64,000 bases of DNA from Camelus dromedarius (taxonomy: Eukaryota), in assembly GCF_036321535.1 (NCBI RefSeq), contig NC_087437.1, positions 55,740,001 through 55,804,000 on the forward strand, given 5' to 3'. Position numbers and translations under genes: made by a program. The notes under the pieces were generated by a model. It was not told the origin of the DNA and did no database searches. It worked only from the letters and a program-made list of their open reading frames with translations. Position 1 is the first letter of the stretch. Each line of letters starts with the position of its first letter. Shown piece by piece: positions 51,471 through 63,544 of this stretch.

Positions 51471-51610
51471 GGACAGAAAGAGAGAGGGACTTGAGTTCTG
51501 TTATCTTCCTAGTAGACTCCTACTGTAAGGGTCTCAGAGGGGGTGGGGGGGTTGGCAAAATCCTGGAGCCAGAAGAGAGGACAGCGGCATTGATCAATCT
51601 TACAGCTAAC
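51468..51610 (+). other. TP63: deltaNp63 5'UTR (exon 3' non-coding part); start approximate
   Basis: Lies between the TATA element (51440) plus about 28-30 nt and the deltaN ATG. GA-rich start followed by a G-rich tract. TSS is inferred, not observed. Confidence 0.75.
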
Positions 51611-51652
51611 ATGTTGTACCTGGAAAACAATGCCCAGACTCAATTTAGTGAG
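51611..51652 (+). CDS. TP63: deltaNp63 first exon (exon 3') coding part: MLYLENNAQTQFSE
   Basis: gctaacATGTTGTACCTGGAAAACAATGCCCAGACTCAATTTAGTGAG|gtaagg gives the known deltaNp63 N-terminus. It ends in phase 0, like exon 3. Confidence 0.98.
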
Positions 51653-54217
51653 GTAAGGCTTTCAGATTTTGGCACTCCATTTAGAGATGCTATTTCATTT
51701 CTATTTTTTTACATAAAAGCTTACATATTTGTGGTTCTCGGTCACCCAATGTAATGTTTTGGCAAAATGTGTATAGGAATCTCTTTTTCTTGGTTAATGT
51801 TTTCTGCGGTGACTATTAGATTTTTTTTTTTTTTTTTATGAGTAGAAGATGAAACAGTAGGAGAAAAGGGAGGAGAAAAATTTCTGGGTGATGTTATGTA
51901 TGTGAAGAAGCCTGATATTTAGGAGTTTGTAAAATCACTTTGTATAGAACAGACTGTGAGAGACAGATCACATTGTTAGATCCACTGAAATGACTCCTCT
52001 GTTGGGTATTCTTGTACCAGTAAGACAAATTAGTTGATTTTGTCTCAGTTAAGTTCTCAGTTCTTTCTCCAGACTTCATCCTAAAAGCAAATGAAGCTTT
52101 TTTTGCGAAATAACCAGGTGAGATTTTTAAGCCGACTTCATTTTGAATTCTGTCAGTCCAGAGACCCACGGAGATCCTGAGGGGACTTCACTAAGGTGTC
52201 TGTTAACTGGTGATTGATTTCGACTTTCCCTCTATAATGACAGAGTTATTCTGGGGTGATGCATTATTAAATATTCATGCATGCGTACATGTAAATGTGG
52301 ATCCTAGCAGATAGGATTTTATTTAAGGAATTGGTGTTCGCCTCCCTGATTCCTCCTCAACAAGCTTGTCTCAGGGATTTAAATCTCTGAGCAGAGGGAT
52401 AAGAAAAAAACATCCTGAAGAGACTGTAATGCTTTGAGGAAGTTTCCTAAGGTTGAGGGAGGTCTAACAACAATATTAGTTTACATTCCTCAGAATAGGG
52501 CAGCTGTGTTGACACTAATCAGATGGAGGGGTGGGTGGGGGTGTGCAGTGTGGAGAGAGGCAGTTCAGCGTTTCTGTTGAAAATGCTAGCAGGTGAATGC
52601 TTGGAAAGTAGACTGTAGCACTGAAATCGAGCTCCTCACAAATCAAAACAAAGTGCATAGGACTCCAGGCGGACGGCACAAGGAGGCGTCCCCAGCGGGC
52701 TGCAGAGCAGGGCCTGCTCTCCCATTGACCATGCTATTGCCCAGACACCTGAACTGTGTAAATATAGCAGGGGAAATATCGAGTTATCTACAGAAGGAAA
52801 AGGAAGTGCCTATTTTCCTTTAAAACATTCAAGCAGGCTGGCTTGTCCTCAGTGGAGAAACTTGAGTTTCTTGTTTGGCTTTAATATTGTGAGTTAGCTT
52901 AAAATGTTACCAAGCAGTTGTGTTTTTTTTTTTTTTTTAAATGGAGGTAACTTTTATGATTATCTTGTTTCAACTTGAATCCGATGTCGTCCAGTTTTAA
53001 GCATTAAAAAAATGTTCTGCCGCTCAGAGTGTATGTGACTTTGTGCTTGTTCAGCAGCTCTTTCACGCACGGTCACTTACAAGCAGGCTGGGATCTGTGT
53101 GTGTCTAAGTATAAAACGGTAGAAGCCACAGTTGGGTTAGCACTATCTGTAAGAAAAGTATGAAGCTGATACAAAGTGGAAAGAAATGGCAATTTCTCAT
53201 GAAACAAAAAACAACGCATGAAAACAGTGATTAGAAGGTGTTTGTAGGAGTGAGTGGCTTTTACAGAGGCAAAGGAGTCATGCTGTACGTGGACGTATGG
53301 CCTCCTCATGGTTAAAGAAAATAGCTTTATATGAGTCTGTGTTCTTCAGAACTTCAGGTAACGTGTGGTCAGTGCTCGAGAGGTAGCAGCTGTCTGTGTT
53401 CTCTTAAAATGCTGCTCATGAACACAGAGGATGCCGATGAAAAAATATGGCGGAATTTCTCTACCCTCCTGCGTCTTTCTCCATCATGATTTTTATACCC
53501 TTCCGCTAGTGTGTGTCTCCTGAGTTATCTTCGTGGCTTCATTTCCGTTCAGTTGCTCAAGACTGGCTCTCTTTTGTGCAGGGAGTTGTGTTTTGAAATC
53601 TAGTCCTTTGTAGAAATGCAGGTCTATGTCTAGGTATATGCAATGCCTGGGACCACAGGGTCCTGAAGAATCCAGGAATTTCTTGCCAAAATTACAATGT
53701 TTTAGCATGCGCCTTCAGATAACGTTTATTGGTAACTAACTGTCAGTGCAGAATCAGCCATTTATGATTATTATCCAAGAATTGTTAAAAAAAAAATTGG
53801 GCAGATGAAGAATAAAAAGTTACGTTGCTCCTAGAGAGAGTGAAAACTGTCAGGAAACAAAAACCTGTTCTCTGATTTCAAATAATTTTAAAATTTATTT
53901 TGCTAGCAACTTCCTTGGACTGATAACTGAAAAACAACAGAAGAACACTGTTCCTCCTCTTTCTCCTTTTCCACAACTTTCCAGAGCTTTCCCCCAAGCA
54001 GAGCTGGGATTGGGGAAACTGTTAACTGAACAGGAAAGGGTCCGGAAGGGAGGAGAAAGGAGCGAGCAGGATGTAACAGGCACGACTTAAGGTTCCACCC
54101 TTAGGTCACAATGAAGAGGCCTCAAGCAAGCACACACAGCCTCTGGGTCTGGTCTCGGACATGGAGAGGAGAGTGAGGCGCCAAAGAAAGGAAATTCTTC
54201 ACAGATCAAATTTTGGT

Positions 54218-54221
<4 letters not shown>

Positions 54222-54256
<35 letters not shown>

Positions 54257-54267
54257 CAGAGAGAGAG
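54222..54267. repeat. (TG)n microsatellite followed by short (AG)n
   Basis: Direct inspection. Confidence 0.95.
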
Positions 54268-56059
54268 TCTCAGACTCCTCCCTAAAAGGATGACATTTTA
54301 TTAAAAATCCCCATCTGGGCTTCTGTATGAAGATGAAAGGTACTTTGGTGAATGGGATACGCTGCTCTAGGGCTTCAAGGCTCATGTGCTGGAACGCCTC
54401 ATTTTACACATCGAGGTTAAGGATTCTTCTTTCTGTAGCTGAGAGAGCTAAAGCTATAAAAATGAGTCCCATTTACTTAACCTTTTTCTCTTCAGTACCA
54501 AAAGGGATATAAGACACTCTTAAAAGGGCTATTGTGATTCATGTTAAGTGCTCCAAAAACGTTTACGGAAGGAACTGACGTGCAAATCGAGATGTGAGGG
54601 GGAAGAAAAGCGCTGAGGCAGCAGTGCGAGCTCTCGGAGTCCTGGTCATTGCCAATTAAGTGACCTCCTTGGCAAGGGAAATAGTCTTTTCCTCTCCCAA
54701 TACCATTTCCAAGGGCTGAATCACAGGTGTCTCCCATGGGAGTGGTTTTTCTCTTTATAGTGAATAGACGTAGCATGTTTAGCTCTCCCGTGCTGTGCTG
54801 CGTCTGAGATGTGTAGCAGGGTAGGTGAAATCCGCTGTGGGTCAGGAGCAGAAGCTGCAGACGCAGCCGAGGTGTCAGCTGCGGCTGTGCAGATGCACTA
54901 CGTGTTTTACAGAGTGGTTGCCCTCAAGCCCAGAGGGGACTGGGAGAAAGAGATCTTAGATCACAGATCACAGATCATACTTTCCTTCACTACTATTGGA
55001 AAAATGAGCGGTGATAATAAATCACTTTTCCTTTACCTAGATAAGGAAAAAAGCATGTTTGGTTTATTTTGTTTTCTAGAAGAGCAGTGATCCCCGATGG
55101 GGGTGTGGAGAGTGCAGTAGGAAGGGTGAATGAATGGCTGGTTAAAAAAAATATATTGGTTGCTCTTCCATCAAACTACTTAGTATTTCCTGAATACAAA
55201 GTTTGCTAAAACTTTCCTAGACAATAGCATATAAGGAATTAAAGAGTCTGTACTCTCCCTAGTACGAGAGTATGTATTTGAAGTCATGAGATTTTCTGTT
55301 TATCAAGGAAAGATATGGGTCAAACAGTTGAGAAATATGTTACCATAAATGTACCCAAGCTTTCACTGAGGTGCGTTTAATTGCTTTGGGAGGGAATCTG
55401 TGCTGGTGGGGTTGGGGGGGATGGGTGAAAATCCTCCTCTTCCTAGTAACAGTATGAAATTAAACTTTTTCCTCCACTGACTGCATTTTCAATGCCTAAT
55501 TGTTTTATGTCAGTCAGTAAGAAAGAGCAAACAGACACCCAAAAGACACCTCAGTGGAAAATAACTTGGTTATTTCCGTTAAAGTCTTACTATCTTGAAG
55601 ATGAAACTTCCTCCAAGGCCAATGGACTCAGAATTTTCTTTTGAATACATTATGAGAAAAAAGTCAGATGACTAGATGACTGATACAGCAGTATTGTCCA
55701 GTGCCAATTTAGTGGAATGAGTTGCCTATGAAGGATATTCCATAAGAGAGTTGATTTGGGTTCTGAAAGAGAATGCATTGAAGTGTCAAGTTACAACAGT
55801 TGATCCAAGGGTTAAGGGATAAATTTCATTCCAAATCTTCTCCTAAAAACACAATTTGGAGGCACAAAGTAACAGGGAAGTGTAGCTTATTAGTGGGTTA
55901 ACTCTGTAAACATTTTATAATTTGCACTTATACCTTTTAAGTAAGTCGAAATGTATCAATATTCATGAAGAATATTATTGAGGAGGAGAAACTTAGGTTA
56001 GAAAAAGGACTGACTTACTCTTTTTAAATAAATGCAGCCAAGTAAGACACAGTTGTACA

Positions 56060-56520
56060 GTTTACAGTTCCTGGGGGAATGAATAGATACAGGACAGTTA
56101 TAATAGAGGACAGATCTTTAGTGTCATATGAGAAGTGTGAGCAAGGTAATATAAAGGATCAAAGAGAAAGAACCTTGAAGCAGGAGGATCATGAAAGTCC
56201 ACCTGTATCTGTGTGATGCAGCTACTCTCAGAAGGACAGGTAGGACTTTCTAAAGCTTTAGAAATAGAAGCGAGAAGGAGGATCTCGGGTGAAGCAGCAA
56301 GCATCAGCAGAGGTGGGGTGACTACTGGTGTACTCAGAAATGCCAACTAGTTCTGATGGAACTGGAAGTATGAAAGAATTAGAAAATAGAAAATAAAGGC
56401 AGAAATGTAAGGTAGAGTGGCTCACGGAGTGCCATGACACGTTCTCTGTAGTGGCAATGATAAACCCCAGGAGAATTTCAAATGGAGTAATGGTGTAGTT
56501 GGAGCTGTACTAGGGTGCAC
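56060..56520 (-). mobile_element. L2 LINE relic
   Basis: Purine-rich stretch ending gagaatttcaaatggagtaatggtgtagttggagctg, L2-like. Confidence 0.5.
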
Positions 56521-59500
56521 TTGGGGAAGGTAACTGCCTTTGTTCAGGACTGCCTACGAGTATAAAAATGCATTTCTCTGCATTGCACATTGGCTGCTTG
56601 CTTTGCAAGAACATCCGTCACGTCTCTGGAGCCTTTGGAGGGGCAGAAAGGGATCATTTCCAAAGTCTCATGCAACTTTTGTTTTCTCTGCCCATAGCTC
56701 TTTTTAACAGCTGTGGTTCCTGCCATAGATAAGTTGGGACCCATTGGTCTTGGTTTGTCCTTATTTACACATGCTGTTCAAATCTAATTATTAATAGCAC
56801 CCCTTTTTCTTTCAAAAGTGTTCCGCTTAGAAGATAAAAGTATATAGTCATCCTATAAATAAAGACCCACTGTTTATTTCAGTATTTTCCACAACCTCCC
56901 TCCACCCCAAAAAAGGTAGTATATATTTGGCTGTAAACTAGTTACAGTGATTTTCCTATCCCAACCACAAATCATTTAGATTATTTCCCTTACAAAAAAA
57001 AGCATTTCCTTACAGCTCGACACTTACTGAGAACTAATTCAGTGCAGTCATGGTGCTGGTGCTGGGCACTGTAAGTAAAGCAAAAATAACAAAGTTGCAG
57101 CCACTGGCCTCTGAGAATTCACAATCCTAGTGTGTATATGAGGTATTCATAAGTGACTCTGGTATAAAACAGAATATGGTAAGAGACACCAAAGGCTCTC
57201 CAAGACCGTGAAATGGGTCAAACTGTTCATGACGAAGGTAATATTTCACATAGTTTGAGAACCAGAATTTAGCCACAGGGGGAAGGAAGGAAGGTCATTC
57301 TGGGTAGAAGACAGAAAATTAATTAAAAAATACAAAGAACAACTGCATAGGACCAAATGAAAGCATATGATATACTGACTTGCAAAGAGAATATTGATTT
57401 AAATACTAATCTATATTTAATAGGTATGTCAAAGTGGAAAGCTAAAAAAAAAAAAATGGTAAAGGCTTTTGTCTCACTACGAGCTAGAATCCATGCGTAT
57501 TTTGAAAGTATGGGCAGTGTTCAGAACCTGAGATTCAAAACTTTATCTACATGCTCTAGAAGGGACACGTGTCAATCCTGCAGGAAGGGAGAAAAATCAC
57601 CCAAATGCTTGCTTGGTATGGGGAAAATTAAGTGTTTCCTGTTCCCATTCCTTAGACCTCTGTAGAGACAGATGCAGTGTCTCACTCTTGTAAAGACTTG
57701 GTAATTAATTACATTCTTAAAACTGGAACAAAATTCTCTGTTAATGAGGATGAACTTTATTTATTAAATAGTCATCATAGATTCAGAATGAGAAAACTCT
57801 GCTCCAGTCACTGCTCTAAAAGCAGATAGTAATTCTGGAGCTAAATGTGACACAATATGCCAAGTGCGACATTTGTTTAAGATGAGAACCCAACGGGGAA
57901 ATATCAGAGCAGAAGTAAATATGAATGTATCATTTAAGAATCAAACAGCCCCCTCCCCCAAATTTAGCCAAAATCACCAACAATAAAAATTCAGTATCTT
58001 GGGGCATCAAATTAAAAGAATCGTTACCATAGCTTTTTTTCAAATTACACTTTGGACAAGGATCTGCCTTTTCATTTAAGATTTGAACAGAAATATTGGG
58101 GGAAGACAAGTCTTTACTTAAATATTAGCATTGTCTCCTTCCACAACTTCCTGCATCACTTCCATCTCACCCAGGAAGAAAATATAGGCACTTAGAGAGA
58201 TAATGGTGGGGTCGGTGAGGGGAGCTTCAGGGGGCAGGAAGCTTAGTGGTTGATTTAAAGGCAAAGGGTGTGGGTAGGAGGGAGAAGGAGGCTCTATGAG
58301 AAATGGGGGGATATCCAAGCTCGTATCTCATTCCTTTCTTGTCCCTACCACACTAACCCTCTACTAACAGAGTGAATTTTAAAAATATCCAATGTTGAAA
58401 TGTGGTTTGTTCTGCTTTTAACTTGACAAAAACAGGGGAAACAGTGAAGTTTCACAAACTACCACATTGCTGTACAACCTCCTTTGCAGAAAAACAGTAG
58501 TTACCTGAAGTGTTTGCAGAGTCTTTGCAGAAGCAGTACTTCGTACATCCCTGCATTGGGTGTTTTTATTTGATCTGGTAGTAGAGCACACCTGTCCTGT
58601 CCCCAAAGCACTCCTTTCCATTTTCTGTTCCCTCAAAATCTTAGAAATTTCTTATTGCTAAGTTTATTGCTAAGTTTATTTCATGTTTGATAATGACTAA
58701 CTTTATACATTCTGTTTTCGTTTCTTTTCCAAAGACAAAGTAGAATTTCACTGCCATGTAAATTCTGAGAGAGCTTCTCCGGATAATAGCTATCTGTCAA
58801 TTTAAAATTCAGTAACTGGTGTTAAGGTGTAGCACGCGTGCGTTCTAGGGAAGGGAGTAACTGGCAACAATAAAACATTTTTGGAATATCAGTGCCTGTG
58901 TGTAGAGTGAACACCGGTATCTTATGCAAAACTGGGCATCTGAAGTCCATCTTGTCTGCAATGGAAAAAGAAGAGAAAAAAAAAATTTCTGTATAAAAGC
59001 TGAAAGAGGGGATTTTGAGTCAAGCTGTGGTGTGTTGCCAGAGGCGGAAATTTATAAAACACTCTCGTCAGCTCTTCTGGAAACACTACAAAAGAAATAG
59101 CTCTACTTTCTCATTGGTGCTAAAGCCACTAATAGGTGCAGTTTAGTGTAATACCCCTATGAGAATTACCACCCCCAAAGAGAGCCTGCCTTGGAAAGAA
59201 CTCTGCACAGGCATTTGCTTTTTCCTTTCAAGCTTGCACAAAACACCCAAAGGGGCCACTTCCAATCCAGGCAGTGATCTTTCTCAAGTTCATTCTTTCT
59301 CAGATCACAGAGACAATAGGGGAATATGCCCTGTTTACTCAAATCAGTCTGGATTAGTGTCAGTCTCTTGATGGAATCAGAATTAAAAGGAAAACCATTA
59401 CCCTCTCAAAGGGCAACATCAGATGTTTTGGGAATGGCTTGATTACTTTGCAATAGACCATGTGAGACTCTGTCACAGACTACAGTTGAGGACACCGCAA

Positions 59501-61759
59501 GCTCTACACAGAGAGAAAGGGTAACACTGGATAAAGCAGAAAGCCCATAATCAGCCTTAGGCCTGGGAAATTATCTCAGTAGAGAATCCCAAAGTGCTTG
59601 GAAGCCTGAAAATCAGACTAGCGAGAATTCCGAGAAGTCACTTTCCCTGCCTTCCTTCTATGCTCCCAACCTACTGCCCCCCTCCCCAACCTATTTATCT
59701 TCAGGTCAAATCCCTTCCAGTTTTTAAGGCCTTGCTGGGGTGGGGGACTGCTTCACCCTTAAGAATGTCTTAGATGCCACCCCTTCCCCCATTCAGAATA
59801 ACTCCTGCTTCCTCTGAACTCTTTCTTACTGCTTCCTTCATTGCTCTCTCAGTCTCTAGGCTGGAAACTCTTGGAGGGTAGACGATCTGTGGTATTTATC
59901 TCTGTATCCTCCCTGAGGTCACCAAATAATGTTCTTGAATGCAGCGGAGGCATGTGTCTGTTGCTGCTGCTTGAAGGGGTATCTTCAGATAAAAATAGGG
60001 CATATTGTACATACCTGCAGAAATGGCTGTTGGTAACTGATCTGAGCAGGAAGCAACGCCATTACACACATTGTACAAGCCTGGTCTCCACCTGTATGTT
60101 CTGAATCATATGGTTTTTCCTGACATCTTGCAAGTCTTTTTTTTCTTCCTTTTTTTTTTTTTTTTTTTCAATGAGCTCAGGTATTTGTTTCCATTGTACT
60201 TCAAGTGGCAAGAAAGTTTTTAAAAGACAGGGCAGTTTCCTGAGTAAGGAATGACTTGTTCTCTTAACAGAGGTAAACAGTGTAGAGGGTGCTGCTTTCG
60301 CTTAATTGATTACCTGGGAGGACAGGGAATGTGTTTGATTTTTTTTTACAAAACTGTGAACCGATTAGATTTTTATCTTACATTGCAGTCCCTTTGTAAA
60401 AGTGTTTACTTGCTTCCACACTGTTCCCTGGATTCATTTTGTCCCCTGATGTCTCTTGAGCATCACCAGGGATGTGAGTAGTTTGCTCTGGGGGAAGAAG
60501 CTTGATGATTTGCAAACACTTTCACATTTATTTTCCATAGTGTTATTTCTAAAAGATGTCTGAGAAAACTTTAAGTCGTTTTGTTCTTAAAAATGGTGAC
60601 CCATGGTTTTTTTTTTTTTTTTTTCTGTTTCAATAACACACTAATGAACTGTTGTAATTATTAAACTGATTGATTGTTACTTTCCTAATGGGGTAAGTAG
60701 AATGAAATGAATAAATGAGAGTCTTTTCAAAGTAAGGCATGACTCTGGCATGGCTGGAAACTTTGGTTTTATTTTGCAGTTAAAAATGAAGCAAATGTTA
60801 TAAAAGTCAAATATAATGAAAAATGTAGCAATCAGCAAAGAACTTGACAAGCAAAAGCAAGAATTTAGGAACCAGTGTTCCTCATTTGCATATGTATGGA
60901 ATAGTACGACTGAGCAGTGTGGCCCTTATTTCATGCTTTAGTCTTCCATTTGCAAATAAAGGCTAGTGTTTCAACCTGTATTTTGGGGGTGGGGGGTTAT
61001 AAACTCTGGGAAATGAAGTCATGAATTTAGACCATTTACAAGAAACCATTTGGAAGTCTGAAACTACCATCTCAGTTCCTCAAAACATGCATTTGTAATC
61101 CCTTAATTACAGCATTTTTCTAAACTGAGTTCTAGCTAACTGGGCAGAAAATCATGAAAATTAGAGAGGGAGGGACCGATTTTGTGGCCTGTGTACCAGA
61201 AACTAACATCTTCCTCTAAGCTTGTTTCTGGGTGTTTTTTTGTTTTGTTTTGTTTTTTTCAAAGCAACCTGTATTTGGCCATGAGCACTATCCGTAGGAA
61301 GTAAGTAATTATATGACCACAAAGATTTGGATTCTTATTGCTGACCTAGATGCATCAGATACAAAATCTAGACCATCAGGTAAGAAACACTGCCTTGGCA
61401 CAAAAATGTGTATGTGTTTGTTTTAAGGAAGTAGAAGCTCGTTAACAAACTTCCCAGCTAGGTGTGAGCTACCAAGGATTACTCATTGCCTTGTGAGTGA
61501 CAGGACTGGCTATGCTGCTACTGGTTCCCATAAAAGCTGAAGCTAAGAGCACGATTCCCACCTACCAAAACAAATCAAAACACAAAGTGAAGGTCATAGT
61601 GAGTATTTGGAGATGCACTGTGACATTCACCTGGCAGTAGTATGTAAAATAGTGACTCTGATTTGGAGACAGACTTAACTTCAGCAGATACAAAAGCAAT
61701 GCTTAGTTGTGTTAGAATAAAAGAGAGACTTTCTGAAGGTGTTTGTATTTTGAAGTGTT

Positions 61760-62240
61760 TTGCATTTAATTCTTTAATATTTCCTGAACATCTACTATGT
61801 CCTAGATACTGTTTCAGATACAAGACAACAGCACTAAACCAGCCAGATACAATCACTCATAAATTTTTGGTCTAGCAGAGAAGACCAACATTACAAAGTA
61901 TTTATACAGATAATTAGTTTCAATGATAATGTGTGTGATGCAAAGGGAAAAATTACTGTGCCATGACAATGTGAAACAAAGAAGAATAACCCTCTGGACA
62001 GTTAAGGAAGGCTTCTATTGGACATGGCATTGAAGCTAAAACTGAAAGATGAGATGGGAAACAGCTGGCGTGGGCAAAAGGCTTGAGGACAGAAGGAGGT
62101 TGCCTTTGAAAAACGGAAGCAATGCTGTTCTTCAGTGAGCAAAGAGGAGGGTTTCAAATAGTGTGACAGAGGCCACTTAAAGATTTGGGGCTTTTATTCT
62201 AAGAGATTAGGAATCAGGTCCAGGTGTTCAAGCATGAAGG
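61760..62240 (-). mobile_element. L2 LINE relic (3' end at left)
   Basis: catttaattctttaatatttcctgaacatctactatgtcctagatactg...aaggaaggcttct...gacatggcattgaagctaaaactgaaagatgag...gatttggggcttttattctaag. Confidence 0.75.
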
Positions 62241-62469
62241 TGATGTGGTCAGATCTTCAGGGAGTTGCCGGTGTAGCTCCAAGGAGCTGAGTCTCTTAAC
62301 TCTTGGCAAATAACACATTCTAAGAACGGTTGAAGTTTTATATCCTGTCTTTATTGAGTGGAAAATGTTTCCTTTAGATATAAAAGAAGCATGCTTTCAC
62401 TGAGTGTAACTCTTAGATAAAAATTCCAGGCAGAAGTTTGAGTGACTCTGAGTGAAGGATTCTTAAGAA

Positions 62470-62690
62470 AGTGGGTTCTCGAGCCAGATTTACTGGTTTC
62501 CCGTTTGAGCTCTGTCACTTACTACCACGAGCAATTAATCTTGTGGAACTTCAGTTTCCTCGTCTATAAAGTATGTATAAAACCTGGGATAATAATTCCA
62601 CCTAGTTCAGGAGGATTAAGTGAGCACTTAAACACTATAAGGAACATAGTAAAGACTCAAAGAATTTTGTAGTAATAGTAATAGCTAATA
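62470..62690 (+). mobile_element. MIR SINE
   Basis: gagccagatttactgg...gctctgtcacttacta...ttcagtttcctcgtctataaa...gggataataattccacct...gaggattaagtgag. Confidence 0.75.
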
Positions 62691-63363
62691 TTCTTTTTGG
62701 AGAGGATTGAATGTGGATGCTAAATATGGTTTAGATTTTTTAAAATCTTGATAGTCACCATTATTTTTAGTATGTCTTCAGTTTCATATCATGGGGAGCA
62801 AAGCTATCTCCTATGATAAAATGTTAACCACATTTAACCACCTCATTGCTTTAAAGTCATAATTTCCGATATGGTCTAGACAGATACATTATCAAAATTA
62901 TGTTTAGATTTTAAACTCACTTTGAAAACCAACAAAACATTATTGGTGAGTTTCTAAAAATCACAGTTGCCTGCTTTTATAGATGGCATAACCTTCACTA
63001 AAGAGCTTCATTGCTGTGTAGTTTATTCTCTTAACATTACCAAGTCTGCTTTAAAAGCTATTAAAACAGGGATTTTTTTATAGATTAAAAATTTCCTGAA
63101 ACATATTTTTGAGCCATTTTTAATAAATAATTCCTAGTCTGACTTAAAGAACTGAAACTATATATACTTTTCCTATTATCTGGATCAGGAATTACTGAAT
63201 ACTAAAATTATACCTTTCTGCTTTCTGCTAAGCCCAGTGCTTCCTTGGTGTGTGTAATGGTGATGTCAGTTTCTTTTAGAATTGAGATGCTCATGATTAT
63301 AATTTTGTTCATTTGTCATTATTACTAGAAGGGAGCACTTAATGAAATCATAGACGGTAAAGG

Positions 63364-63544
63364 TTTTTTTTGCTTTTTTTTTTTTTTTGCTTTTTTTGTT
63401 TGTTTTTGTTTGGGGGTAGGTAATTAGGTTTATTTGTTATTTACCTTTAAATTATTATTGTTATTTTTTAATGGAGGTACTGGGGATTGAACCCAGGACT
63501 TTGTGCATGCTAAGCAAGCACTCTCCCACCGAGCTATTTTTCCT
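63364..63544 (-). mobile_element. tRNA-derived SINE, camelid Vic-1-like, with 3' tail
   Basis: Reverse complement atagctcggtgggagagtgcttgcttagcatgcacaaagtcctgggttcaatccccagtacctcca...aaataaacctaattacctaccccc + A-rich tail. Homologous to the 33297 copy. Confidence 0.85.

Noticed and set aside
54809..55090. Ala-rich ORF (GAEAADAAEVSAAAV)
   Set aside because: Short, GTG start, no recognisable homology or supporting exon structure in this frame.
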